From: Spirochaetota bacterium
GTDB taxonomy: Bacteria > Spirochaetota > UBA4802 > JAFGDQ01
Assembly (NCBI GenBank): GCA_034190085.1
Contig: JAXHTS010000071.1
Coordinates: 3,032 to 67,031, forward strand
Direction: 5' to 3'
Length of the DNA: 64,000 nucleotides
This document shows, piece after piece, positions 41,884 through 53,500 of the stretch. The notes below the pieces were generated by a model. That model did no database searches. It was not told where the DNA came from and saw nothing but the letters and a program-made list of their open reading frames with translations. Every line of letters starts with the position of its first letter. The first letter of the stretch is position 1. The translations under genes and the position numbers were made by a program.

Positions 41884-43827
41884 TTATATATTAATCTCCT
41901 TTATCTTTCTTAAAATCTCTCTCCTCTCATCAAGCCTTGATAAGATGCCTTCATCAATACATTCATTGGCAAGCTGATATGAAAAAGCGATTATGTGAAT
42001 AATGATGCCTCCCTTCAAAGAATTGCTAAGCACGCTCTTTCCTATAAGTTGATCCGAGAGCAGGCGCATATCCTTTAATCCTATTACACGACAATCAGAA
42101 AAAGGGATAGGTCGATCCCCCTCAACCCCTTCCCTCTCCGCTACTTTTACATCCATTGGCGTTCGTATAAGATCAGTATTTGATATTTCACTACCCTTCT
42201 CTTTCCATCGTCTGTGTATATCATATAACCTCTGCAACTCAGCTCCAATATTAAAGAAGAGATCCCCTATAAGCAATATTAACCTTTCAACCTGAGCCAT
42301 TGAAGGGATTTTCCCCTTTAGAATTTTTAAAACCTCTTCCCTGCCTACTGCCATCCTGGGATTATTGCTTCTAAATAAGTGCATCTCCCCTAAAAGTTCA
42401 GAAAGCCGCTTCATCTCATTTGAAAAATATTGAGCATTAAAGATCATTCCTTCATGATGATTCTGATCCTTATCCTCGAAAGTAATAATTGATCCATTAA
42501 AAAAGGGGACAAAGGAATTATTAAAAAAATTTATACATTCATCAAGAAAGGTAAGAAAATCCCTCTCATAAACAACACTATAATCCTTCTGTTTCCTATT
42601 ATCAATTTTCCACTGATCCTCAAAGGCCCGATAAAGAATATTCTGACCCTCAATTTTTAATTTAATGAGTGAATGAAGTTCATTATAGGGGATCAACTCC
42701 TCCTTAAGCTTTCCAATATGCCTTTCCTTTCTGGATTCCTCATCTTTACCAACTGTCTTTAAAAAATCAATACTATAATCCCAAACCTCACCATTTATTT
42801 GCGGTGCGGTAATATTAAAATAGTCTGTAATATCTTTGATTTCAACATCCTTCAGGAAGATAAGCGCCTCAATCAATATAATCAATAACTCAGATAAAGA
42901 GCTAATCCCATATCTTAAACGAAGCTGATTTGATAAAACACTCTCTGAATCAATTCTTGTGGGTAAAAAAGATCGTAAAATCATCATATACTCATAAATC
43001 TTCTTCTCCTTATCAAGATTTCTCTTCTCCTTTTCCCTCTTCAAACTCTCAGAATCAGTTTGATCAATCTTCTCCTTCAATAAATCATCTGACAATCTCA
43101 ATTTATTCTCAACAAGCAGAATAATCTGTTCCTTTGTCTCGATATCTATCGTTAAAAAAGAAAAAAAATGTACGATATAACTCTTTAACTCCAATTCAAA
43201 TGAGCGCCTATCCATCCACTTCAATTCATCAAAACTGTACTTGACAATAGGGGTTTCCATCATCCATCTTCTAAATATCCGCAAATAATTAAAATGTGTA
43301 GCATCCTCGATTGATTTGTCCTTGAGAATCTCCATTAAAATAGCAGGCAATCTGGATAATATCATTTCCTGATAAGATATAATCCACCGAATTATCTTTA
43401 ACAATCTTCTGTTGGGGATTAATCTCCTCTTTATCCCAATACCCAATCTATTATTTGTACGAATAAGATACCTCTTCCTAAATATTTTGAGTTTTTTATA
43501 CCTCCAATAAATATCCTTGATAAATTGATTAGTATCTAAGGGATCAGATTTATTCACGTCAGAAGAAGCAGTATCCTGTCTATATTCACCCCTTGGGGAT
43601 TTAGTATCCATTCTATCACTACCCTTACTACTCTTTGATTTATCATCACAAGACTTAATAAGATCTACAATGGCGCTATATCTCTCACCCGAGGGTATCG
43701 TCGTGTTCTTGATTAAAGACCGTACTATCTCCATTTTATCAGATGGGATATCCTTACTCGCAAGAAGAGCCTTTGCCCTCCTCTCTATCTTCTCATTTTC
43801 CTTATCACTTAACATATTTATATCCAT
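41884..43827 (-). CDS. Hypothetical cytoplasmic protein (647 aa), no recognisable domain
   Basis: Long ORF, very basic/helical. It is the first gene of an apparent four-gene minus-strand unit ending in parA-parB. Confidence 0.4.
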   Translation of the reverse strand: MDINMLSDKENEKIERRAKALLASKDIPSDKMEIVRSLIKNTTIPSGERYSAIVDLIKSCDDKSKSSKGSDRMDTKSPRGEYRQDTASSDVNKSDPLDTNQFIKDIYWRYKKLKIFRKRYLIRTNNRLGIGIKRRLIPNRRLLKIIRWIISYQEMILSRLPAILMEILKDKSIEDATHFNYLRIFRRWMMETPIVKYSFDELKWMDRRSFELELKSYIVHFFSFLTIDIETKEQIILLVENKLRLSDDLLKEKIDQTDSESLKREKEKRNLDKEKKIYEYMMILRSFLPTRIDSESVLSNQLRLRYGISSLSELLIILIEALIFLKDVEIKDITDYFNITAPQINGEVWDYSIDFLKTVGKDEESRKERHIGKLKEELIPYNELHSLIKLKIEGQNILYRAFEDQWKIDNRKQKDYSVVYERDFLTFLDECINFFNNSFVPFFNGSIITFEDKDQNHHEGMIFNAQYFSNEMKRLSELLGEMHLFRSNNPRMAVGREEVLKILKGKIPSMAQVERLILLIGDLFFNIGAELQRLYDIHRRWKEKGSEISNTDLIRTPMDVKVAEREGVEGDRPIPFSDCRVIGLKDMRLLSDQLIGKSVLSNSLKGGIIIHIIAFSYQLANECIDEGILSRLDERREILRKIKEINI

Positions 43828-44272
43828 AATTATGAATATTCAGGCACCATCTTATTATACCCTCAAAAGCCCATAGTGTAGGTATTACAGAACACTTAAA
43901 GAGCCTGAATCATACTATAGGGTTCTTTTCATCCCTTTTATGTGGAAATTGTATCCAAATTTGAAACTTTAATCCCTAAAGGTGGTCATATGCAGCCCAA
44001 AGGTACCGACTAAAATCAATTTATTATAACAAATACCATGACTATGTCCATTAGTTTTTACTATACGCACAACAGAATTATGTCAGTTTACAATTTCTCA
44101 ATTACACATCCTTTTAATTAAAAAAAGATAGAACTTAACCATAGTGCTGATAATCCAATAATAACAGGCATTATATCAAGGGAATAATCAATAAAAGATA
44201 AAATGAGTTGACTAGGTTATACCACTGATCTTCTAATATAATTAAGTCTAATCAACATTAACAGGAGAGAAT

Positions 44273-44812
44273 ATGCCTGAGGTTGGGATAATTCTTGGTA
44301 GCGATTCTGATTTGCCAAAGATAAAAAGGAGCTTTGAGTTGCTGGATGAATTTAGTGTTAGTTACGAAATCACTATCTCATCTGCGCATAGAACACCGGA
44401 TAGAACTAAAAAATGGGTTGAATCTGCAGAGGAACGAGGTATTAGGGTAATAATCGCTGCTGCTGGAGGTGCAGCTCACCTACCTGGCGTTGTCGCAGCT
44501 CATACGATCCTCCCAGTAATTGGCATTCCAATAGAGACGAAGATAGCAGGCGGTATGGATTCAATCCTATCAATACTCCAAATGCCTTCAGGCATACCGG
44601 TTGCTACTATGCCATCTGGCAAGGCGGGGGGAGAGAATGCTGCACTATTAGCCATAAGCATTCTTGCGTTGATCAATGATCAATACAACTCAAAACTAAT
44701 AGAATTTAGGAGACGGATGAAGCAAAGGATTAACGATAAAAATGACAGATTGAACTCAATCGGCTATAGAGAATATCTCAGGGACACAGAGGGGGGAAAT
44801 GAACGAAAATAG
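44273..44812 (+). CDS. purE: N5-carboxyaminoimidazole ribonucleotide mutase
   Basis: GSDSDLP ... AAAGGAAHLPGVVAAHT motifs. Confidence 0.85.
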   Translation: MPEVGIILGSDSDLPKIKRSFELLDEFSVSYEITISSAHRTPDRTKKWVESAEERGIRVIIAAAGGAAHLPGVVAAHTILPVIGIPIETKIAGGMDSILSILQMPSGIPVATMPSGKAGGENAALLAISILALINDQYNSKLIEFRRRMKQRINDKNDRLNSIGYREYLRDTEGGNERK

Positions 44813-46367
44813 GATTGAGAATATTTCCACAGATAGAGTTCTCATCCTCGATTTTGGCTCACAGTATACACAGCTAATAGCGAGAAGGATCAGGGAATTG
44901 GGAGTATATGCTGAGATAGTACCCTATCTACATTCAACTGATTTAATCAAAGATGATAAGCCGGGTGCTATTATTCTTTCAGGAGGGCCATCCTCCCTCT
45001 ATGAAAGGGATGCCCCACAGATAAAAGATGATATATTCAGGATAGATATACCAATACTGGGAATATGTTATGGATTTTATACAATTGTTAATGCCTTCAA
45101 TGGAGGGATAGAGTCATCAAATCATAAAGAATATGGCAGAACCACCATCAAAATTCAGGGGAAATCCGCTCTGTTCAATGGGCTGAATAAAAATGAGATC
45201 GTCTGGATGAGTCATGGCGACAGGGTTGTAGCCATTCCGAAAGAATTTAATGTTATTGCACAATCAGATAATTCCATGATCGCAGCCATTGAGAATAATA
45301 AAAAACGAATATATGGAGTTCAATTCCATCCAGAGGTTTTTCATACAGTTCATGGTACAGAGATAATAAAAAACTTCATTCTCACCATATGCGGATTACG
45401 CCCTTCCTGGTCGATGAAATCATTTATCTCATCATCCATTAAATCGATAAAGGAAAGGGTAAAGGATGGAAGTGTGTTGTTAGGTCTCTCTGGAGGGGTT
45501 GACTCATCAGTGACTGCAATATTACTACAGAAAGCAATTGGGGACAAGCTCACTTGCGTCTTTGTAAATAACGGACTACTTCGTAAAGATGAGCAGAAAA
45601 TTGTAATCAATAGATTCCAGAAGCACCTTAAATTAAATTTAATATGTGTTGATGCGTCAAAAAGATTCCTATCTAAGCTAAAGGGAGTAGAAGACCCTGA
45701 AAAGAAGAGGAGAATAATAGGTAGGGAGTTCGTAAAGGTATTTATTAAGGAGGCAAAAAAGATCGGGAAATTCGACTTTCTGGCTCAAGGGACCCTCTAT
45801 CCTGATGTAATCGAGTCGGTTTCAACAAAGGGACCTTCGGATACAATTAAAAGCCATCATAATAGGGCACCTGATATACTTAAACTTATTAAAAATGGAA
45901 AGGTAATTGAACCCCTGAAGGATCTCTTTAAGGATGAGGTGAGAATTCTCGGGAAAGAGCTTAAGATGCCAGATGAGCTAATATATAGACAACCCTTTCC
46001 AGGACCTGGCCTTGCTATTCGAATTATAGGAGAGGTTAATCAAAGAAGAATATCAATACTACAGGAGGCTGATGATATACTGGTTGAAGAGATAAAGGGG
46101 GCGGATCTCTATGATAAACTATGGCAATCCTTTGCCGTCCTGTTGCCTGTAAGGTCTGTTGGAGTTATGGGGGATAGGAGAACATATGACAACGTAATTG
46201 CCCTAAGATGTGTCACATCCGTTGATGCAATGACCGCTGACTGGGCATTCCTTCCTGAAGAATTGCTTCAGAGGATATCTAATAGAATTATAAATGAGGT
46301 ACACGGGATAAACAGGGTGGTTTACGATATCTCTTCAAAACCCCCAAGCACAATCGAGTGGGAATAA
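44799..46367 (+). CDS. guaA: GMP synthase (glutamine-hydrolysing)
   Basis: GATase-1 domain followed by an ATP-PPase domain with SGGVDSSV and a conserved C-terminal dimerisation domain. Overlaps purE by 14 bp. Confidence 0.9.
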   Translation: MNENRIENISTDRVLILDFGSQYTQLIARRIRELGVYAEIVPYLHSTDLIKDDKPGAIILSGGPSSLYERDAPQIKDDIFRIDIPILGICYGFYTIVNAFNGGIESSNHKEYGRTTIKIQGKSALFNGLNKNEIVWMSHGDRVVAIPKEFNVIAQSDNSMIAAIENNKKRIYGVQFHPEVFHTVHGTEIIKNFILTICGLRPSWSMKSFISSSIKSIKERVKDGSVLLGLSGGVDSSVTAILLQKAIGDKLTCVFVNNGLLRKDEQKIVINRFQKHLKLNLICVDASKRFLSKLKGVEDPEKKRRIIGREFVKVFIKEAKKIGKFDFLAQGTLYPDVIESVSTKGPSDTIKSHHNRAPDILKLIKNGKVIEPLKDLFKDEVRILGKELKMPDELIYRQPFPGPGLAIRIIGEVNQRRISILQEADDILVEEIKGADLYDKLWQSFAVLLPVRSVGVMGDRRTYDNVIALRCVTSVDAMTADWAFLPEELLQRISNRIINEVHGINRVVYDISSKPPSTIEWE

Positions 46368-46429
46368 TGGATGTTGCGATATTAAATTCCCATTCAAGGA
46401 TGGGATTGCATCAATACTTGTGGGATCTT

Positions 46430-46918
46430 CTATCTATACTTAATCTCCCTCTGAATTTCTCTCTCTCCCTCTCTCTTCTGAATGGACTTCCTCTTATCAT
46501 ATTTTGTCTTCCCCTTACCCAAACCAAGTAAAATCTTCACTTTACCATTCTTAAAATACAATTTTATTGGAACCAATGAATACCCCTTCTCTCTAAGCTT
46601 TCCTGTTAACCTCTTTATCTCCTGTTTATGGAGCAATAGCTTTCTTTCTCGAATAGGATCATGGTTAAACCTATTGCCAGACTCATATTGAGAGATATTC
46701 ATCCCAACTATGTAAGCCTCACCCTTGTCAATCCGTGCATAGGCCTGTTTGATGCTGACCTTCCTCTTCCTCATGGATTTCACTTCGGTCCCTAAAAGCA
46801 CAATTCCTGCCTCAAATGTATCTATTATCTCATATTCAAATCTTGCACTCTTGTTATTTGCTATTTCTATAATCTTATCCTGCATATTGATCTCTAATCT
46901 TAATAATGTATACTGCAT
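46430..46918 (-). CDS. smpB: SsrA-binding protein
   Basis: 162 aa with a typical SmpB core and basic C-terminal tail. Confidence 0.85.
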   Translation of the reverse strand: MQYTLLRLEINMQDKIIEIANNKSARFEYEIIDTFEAGIVLLGTEVKSMRKRKVSIKQAYARIDKGEAYIVGMNISQYESGNRFNHDPIRERKLLLHKQEIKRLTGKLREKGYSLVPIKLYFKNGKVKILLGLGKGKTKYDKRKSIQKREGEREIQREIKYR

Positions 46919-47212
46919 CTATGCTGTTACTATCAGTTTACAATTCTATTCCACTTCTTGTGTAAACCATATTATTTAGAATCTGCTAGTTTTATGCATC
47001 TTTTTTTTCAATTAAGCTTGAAATCTAAAGTATCGAAAATATATTATAGCAATAATATTTCTCTATAATTGAACATTATGCTTTATTTAGCATAATGTTA
47101 ATATTTTTCAAACCATCAACTTTAAATACACTTTTAGACCCTCCTATGAAAGAGGGTATCTCAACCATCGCTTATTTGAGTATATACGATAAAAACTATA
47201 AAATTTGGTTAC

Positions 47213-49375
47213 ATGTTGCTACAAATAGAGATTAGCATAATAATAATTGCAATTATAATAAATTTATACTTTTCCTTTACTAATATAATTAACAGATACA
47301 GGTTTACAGTAAACAGACTCTTTGCACTGATCTCTTTTCTTGGAGCGATTCTATCTTCGTCCTTTCTCTATATTATTCTCTTTCCTGATTCTGAAAACCT
47401 ATCCATAGCTGGCAAATCATCCCTGGGTACGCTTTTATTAGTCTGTATTCTGGTCTTCTGTTTAAGTGAGATCTATCCTCGATGGGAAAAAAAAACTTCC
47501 GATTGGTTCATCATCCTATCTTTAATCCCTGGCATTGTTGTCTGTCTTCTCACAGTATTCACTGATCTGATTATAGTTGAAATTGGTTATGATGAAAGCT
47601 TAAGATATACGCTTGGAATCCTGTTCCCAATCCTTCCTGCCACATTTGGTGTATATTTTATTGGTTCCTATTCTATCCTTCTATATAAATATAAATACCT
47701 TGAGAATGAATCATTCAAATATCAGTTATTTCATTTTCTTATGGGGATCAATGTTGGAGCTTTATGCTTTCTTATTCTCACAGTAATATTTCCTCTCTTT
47801 TTGAATGTAACTATATTCAGGAATATTGGGATATCACTCTCTAGCATACTATTATTGATAGTGAGTAATTATGCTGTTTCCGATGATAGGTTACTGGATT
47901 TTAAACAATTTTACCTGAAATTAGTATATTGGCTGATACTATTGGTAATTATTCTATTCCCAATCTATTCTGGATTGGAATATTATAATTGGCTAATTAT
48001 AAGTAAATATTCAATACCTCCATTAGGGATTGCAATACTCCTATCTCTCTTCCCTTTTTTATTATTCAGATATATAAGCCCACAGGTTGAAAAGCTGTTG
48101 CAAAAAAGGTATAAATCCCTTGAAAGAGCCTTTAATGAATCTCTGGAGGAGATAACAAATATCACAAATCCGAATGATAAGAGAGAGGATTGGGATACAA
48201 TTTTAAAAAATACCATTAACTCCATCCAGACAAAATTGAAAATTGCAGACGCCTCTCTATATCTATATAATGTTGAGGAGTATAAATTCTCATTGAGTTA
48301 CGGTTTTGGAGATGCAATCAAAATATATGAAATAAATGAAGATAGTGATTTAGCATTATGTCTAAAAGAGCATAAGATCCTAATTGAAAAATCAATGCTC
48401 TTTACAGATGAAACATTGAGTAAATATAAAGAATCTCTTCTAAATATCTTCAATGAAAAAAGCATTCAGATAGCCCTGCCATTATTCAATCATGAAAAAA
48501 CTCTTATAGCAATCTTATTACTCGGGAGACTACAAAACAGGAAGCCCTATCTAACGGATTTTCTATCCCTATTAGAAACATATAGAATTCAACTCAGCAT
48601 ATCACTGGCAAATTCCATTATTCAAAATGAAATGAAGGTGACACAGATTATAAAACATGATAAGACTGTTGTGACTACTATTAAGAAAAAAATAATTCCA
48701 AAGAGATTAAAACAAATAGATGGCATTAGAATCAGTTCCTTTTTTTTAGACAACTCTGAATATGGTGGAGATTATTTTGACTCAGTGAGAATCGCTGCAG
48801 ATAAATTAGGAATTTTTATGACCAACACCTCAGACACGGGTGTTGATTCTGGGATACTCGCCCTTGAGATCTATTCAGTCCTGCAGACCCAAATGACAAA
48901 ATACAGCTCACCTGAAAGGTTATTAAACAATATAAACAGGGTAGTATCCTCCTCAAGATTCTCTGATAAATATGCCCAAGCCTCTTATCTGGTTTATTCT
49001 TCATCCTCAAATGAATTGAAATTCTCAAATGCAGCCTATAATCCTCTAATCCTACTTGATGTTGATGAGATGAACTTTCAGGAACTCGATGTAGATGGCA
49101 TCCCTCTAGGGATTGATCTCAACTTTTCATACAGATCCAAGAATTTCAGGGTGAGGCCCAATACAATTGGTGTATCCTATTCCAATGGGATCCTTGCAGC
49201 AATAAATAAAAATGGCGAAAATTATTCAATTGAAAGATTAAAAAAAATTATCACCAATAATATTAATGATACCCCTACCATGCTTATAAGAAATATATAT
49301 TCAGATTTTAGTAATTTTGTTAAAGGAACTGAGTTGCTAAATGACGCAAGCCTAATAATATTTAGAATAGGATAA
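47213..49375 (+). CDS. Membrane sensor protein with a C-terminal SpoIIE/PP2C-type phosphatase domain
   Basis: About 9 N-terminal TM helices and a central GAF-like region. C-terminal PP2C-type motifs (GGDYFD, TSDTGVDSG, NAAYNPLILL, DGIPLGI). Confidence 0.6.
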   Translation: MLLQIEISIIIIAIIINLYFSFTNIINRYRFTVNRLFALISFLGAILSSSFLYIILFPDSENLSIAGKSSLGTLLLVCILVFCLSEIYPRWEKKTSDWFIILSLIPGIVVCLLTVFTDLIIVEIGYDESLRYTLGILFPILPATFGVYFIGSYSILLYKYKYLENESFKYQLFHFLMGINVGALCFLILTVIFPLFLNVTIFRNIGISLSSILLLIVSNYAVSDDRLLDFKQFYLKLVYWLILLVIILFPIYSGLEYYNWLIISKYSIPPLGIAILLSLFPFLLFRYISPQVEKLLQKRYKSLERAFNESLEEITNITNPNDKREDWDTILKNTINSIQTKLKIADASLYLYNVEEYKFSLSYGFGDAIKIYEINEDSDLALCLKEHKILIEKSMLFTDETLSKYKESLLNIFNEKSIQIALPLFNHEKTLIAILLLGRLQNRKPYLTDFLSLLETYRIQLSISLANSIIQNEMKVTQIIKHDKTVVTTIKKKIIPKRLKQIDGIRISSFFLDNSEYGGDYFDSVRIAADKLGIFMTNTSDTGVDSGILALEIYSVLQTQMTKYSSPERLLNNINRVVSSSRFSDKYAQASYLVYSSSSNELKFSNAAYNPLILLDVDEMNFQELDVDGIPLGIDLNFSYRSKNFRVRPNTIGVSYSNGILAAINKNGENYSIERLKKIITNNINDTPTMLIRNIYSDFSNFVKGTELLNDASLIIFRIG

Positions 49376-49440
49376 TAACATTTCCTCATCAATCATAACC
49401 GCATATGGCAAACAAACAACATTATAATGATTGAACATAT

Positions 49441-50541
49441 ATGATGGATTTTAGTGAAACCACAAAAGAACTAATCGCGACTTTAAAAAAATATAATAGC
49501 TTGCTTGTTTGTATAAAAGGCTCACCCGATCCGGATGCTATTGCATCATCACTTGCATTAAAAATAATAAGCGACAAACATGGAATTAAAACAGATATCA
49601 TTGCGTTTACAGAGACCTCCCTGCCACAGAATAAAGCAATAATTGATGAGTTTCATATACCAATACATTTTGAAAAATCAATCTCACATATCCTAAATCA
49701 CGATGCTTATGCAGTATTAGATCATCAATCTGCATATATTAAGGATATACCATCAACAATCCCCTGCGCAATCCATATCGATCATCATGAAATCGTCAAT
49801 GATTCAGTAAATGTTGATTTTAAAATCATAATGGAGGAAGTCGGCTCAGTCAGTACAATTATGGCACTATTTTTACATGAGTTAGAGATTGAACTCGATG
49901 AATGCCAACTAAAAGCTGTATCAACCGCACTCCTCTATGGAATACAGACAGACACTGATAACCTAAAACATGCAAATGAACTTGATTATGAGGCTATTAA
50001 ATATCTTTCTCGAAATTCAGATAGTGAAATCATCAATCGTATTACTGGCATTCCCCTTACAAGAAAGATGATCGAATTCCTTGGCGATGCCATCAAGAAC
50101 AAGTACATCTATAAGGATTGGCTTATTACAGGAATAGGATTTATCGATGAATCCTACAGGGATAATATTGCAATAATTGCAGATTTTCTACTCAACCGGG
50201 AGGATGTAACAACCGTAATCGTTTTTGCAGGTATTAGAAAGAATAAAAAAAGGGGATTAACTCTAGATGCTTCAATCAGAACAGAGGATGAAAATATCGA
50301 TTTAAATGAACTGATAAAAAAAATCTCCTCAGAGGGTGGAGCGAGAAGATATAAGGGTGCCTATCAAATAGATATGGACTATTTCACTAATTGTCCAGAT
50401 CAAAACCTTCTTTGGACAATAATTAACAATACTACTATTGAGGTGTTTAAAAAACAGAGAGATATCATTTATCTTATAGAATTAAAGGGTTTCTTTAATA
50501 AATATAAAAATAGAATCAAAAAATTTATATATGGCAAATAA
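49441..50541 (+). CDS. nrnA: DHH/DHHA1 phosphoesterase, NrnA-like
   Basis: DHH motif (IHIDHHE) and a C-terminal DHHA1 region with GGG. Confidence 0.65.
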   Translation: MMDFSETTKELIATLKKYNSLLVCIKGSPDPDAIASSLALKIISDKHGIKTDIIAFTETSLPQNKAIIDEFHIPIHFEKSISHILNHDAYAVLDHQSAYIKDIPSTIPCAIHIDHHEIVNDSVNVDFKIIMEEVGSVSTIMALFLHELEIELDECQLKAVSTALLYGIQTDTDNLKHANELDYEAIKYLSRNSDSEIINRITGIPLTRKMIEFLGDAIKNKYIYKDWLITGIGFIDESYRDNIAIIADFLLNREDVTTVIVFAGIRKNKKRGLTLDASIRTEDENIDLNELIKKISSEGGARRYKGAYQIDMDYFTNCPDQNLLWTIINNTTIEVFKKQRDIIYLIELKGFFNKYKNRIKKFIYGK

Positions 50542-50569
50542 GGGCAGATTTGAAATATTCATTCTCTCC

Positions 50570-53500
50570 TCAAAATAGTAGGGTGAGACTGAATCCAATC
50601 TCATAGGAGCGTATCTCCCTATTTATACCATTAGTGTCTCTATTCCTGAATCTCTCCAGTGCCCAACGCGCTGAAAGCCCCCCTTGAATATTCTTATGAA
50701 GATCCATTGTCAGTTTCCCGATTATCAGATGCTGGTCGTATGGCTCAGGAGAAACAGTATCCGAATAATCATATCTATTGAGTAAAAGAGAATATTCCAA
50801 ACTTATGATTGGCAATGATTCAAGTTCATATAAATTGGAGAATAGATTATATATCAATTGAACATCGGTTTCATATAAAATTGAAAAATTATATCCCCGC
50901 TCCCTCTCCTTGAATGAATCTATTATTTGCATATTAGTCACATAGATATCATCACTTTTCGACCTCTTTGATTCGTCTGTAGAAATATACTCCCTTCTTT
51001 TTCTTAGCCTGTAATCCATTCCAATGTTTAAGCTCAGACTTGTTCTGTCCCATTTAAATATTATTCCCATGTTTGGGGAATGGGTATCCTCTTCAATATT
51101 TGAAGTTATGATCATATTCCTACTAAAATCATACCCGGCATTCACACTTGCTGAATGATATGGCATCCCTATTACATTGGGCCTAAAAAACCAAAAATTG
51201 AAAATCTGCATAAGATCAATAATTATGTTTAGGTTATCGCTCACTGTGACTACCTGCTGAGGGGTTCCGTATATATTTTGTCGTTCGCTAACCTGATTTA
51301 AGCCCATTCCAAAATTCAGAACAATCCACCGGAAATCAAGAGTAGAGCTTACACCAATGTTATCAATCAATCTCAGATTGTTATTATAGTCTATGGCTGA
51401 TGATCCATTGGTATAATTTATCTCCCTGTTAAACTTTCTGTATGCATAATCTCTACCATTTGCAAAGTTTCCTCGCCCCATAAAAGGATACCATGGGGGG
51501 AAGTCAAAAGGATTCATACAAATGTCAGCAAATCCATTGTATACCCTCCTTATACCATAATCCTCATCAAGGGAGGATGTCCCCTCCCCCTCGTATGGAA
51601 CATCTATCTCTTGAAAGAATATAGATCGTGAATAACTAATATTTAAATTTCGAAAAAACTCCATCCCTTTTATCTTGTTGAAAGCGAAGGGCAAATCGAG
51701 TCGATTAGAGACTAGCGTGTTTGCATCTTTGGATCTAATATATTTATCTGATATTATCCTCTCACTATCATCGTAATCACTAAAATTATCCTCAATGTAG
51801 TTGAAGACCAATCTCAACTCTGGTGAGATCAGGGTTAGCTTCCTTAAACCAAAACTTAGTCCTATCTCTTTATCCCTTCCAACGAATTTAAAGTCCTTAT
51901 TGTATACAAAGGGGAGATGAAATCCACCATCAACCTCCGACAAAATCTCCATATCATTCTCATCCATCCTCCCCTTCAATTCAACGATCTCATGTGTGCT
52001 ACTATTAACAGATGGTTTGAAGAATAAAAATGAGTTTTGATAATCTGCGCGAATTTGAGCCCCACCCTTTTGCCTCTTCTCCACCTCGTTGAGTGAGATG
52101 AACTGCTCAAGCTCTCCCAGCCCCTTCTCAACAGAATTTCGTCCTATGTCTTCCTCCTGAAAAAATGCATCCATAACAATTGTAGTTGTTATGTTTCCCC
52201 AGAGTTTACTATTGATCCTATTTTGTAAAACCAAGGTTGGTGTGTAAACCTGGTTCTGGGTGTGTGCGTTGATCCTGAAATCCGATATATATCTCTCTTT
52301 CAGATTATCATATATATCCTGTTTGTATATCAACTTTATACTGGGGAAGATGTATTTATCAGATACAAAATCAGACTCAAATAAGAGACTCTTCTTCTCT
52401 GTCTCTCCTCTACTCTCTTCATGCACCTCTTCATTGAAGCTATCAGTTATTGAATCCTCAACTGAAAAATTTAATTGAACCCTCCAGTTTGGCAGAATGT
52501 TAATAGATGAAAAGACCTCATTGCTCTTCTCCCTAATATCATCCATTGTCTTCCCTATGGTGTTGAAGTTGTACCCATGCCCCTTTCCTATATACTTGAT
52601 AATAAAATCTGATAACACCGGTGTGCCGATATCGGATATATACAATGGTCTCTTAAAGGAAATCTTCCCCTCATACCAGTAAGCGCTATCCCGCAGCATT
52701 TCTGGTTCACTGACATACATGTCGTTTACCCAGAATTTTCCGCTATTTACGCCACTAATCCCAATTTCAATAAATGAGATCCTTTTCATATCTGGATTAC
52801 CGGCAATATTACTAATCTCGACATCACCATTAGATCCGCTCTTAAGCTTCAATCTTATCTCCCTCCATATGCCAATATAATCCATTGAAAATCCATACTC
52901 ATAATAATCATCCTCTGATGATCCGATCTTTAGGGTTATTGAATCACCAATTGAAAACTCCCTGAAGTTAAACCATATATTCATTGTCTTGTAAAATCTG
53001 ATGTCCATCGGACGTAAGAACTTTCTGGAAGCAGAACCCGTTGAATTGTCATACTCAATCTGGAGCGCTGTCTCCCTCTCTTTTGATAATTCTACATCAT
53101 TTTTATCCCCATATAGAGATTCATAATTATTATTAACCAAAGATATATATGACTCAGCCCTATAATCGGCATCATTTAAAGTATCAACCTTAGTAATACG
53201 AAGAGATCCACTGTCGTCCCTCCAACTCGAAGATACAAATCGAATGCTGTTAATATAAATAGTACCCTTTACCGCGCTATTCCTCAAAAGATAGAGCCTT
53301 AATGACTCCACCTGTTTAAGGATTTCGATCTGACTGTCATCGATTCTATCTCTATCCAGATAAATTCTAATATTTTCCCAATCAGTATTGGATCCATCAA
53401 TGGATATTGCAGAGGATGGAGTTGTGAATACCCCTGGGAGGGTGATTACATGTTCATCTTTATCAAGTATCCCATTCCTATTGAGGTCTTCACTATTGAG

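Noticed and set aside
46919-47212. Looked for tmRNA (ssrA) next to smpB
   Set aside because: The 294-bp gap is AT-rich. It has no GGGG 5' end, no tRNA-like acceptor arm and no CCA-proximal T-loop motif. ssrA is evidently elsewhere.
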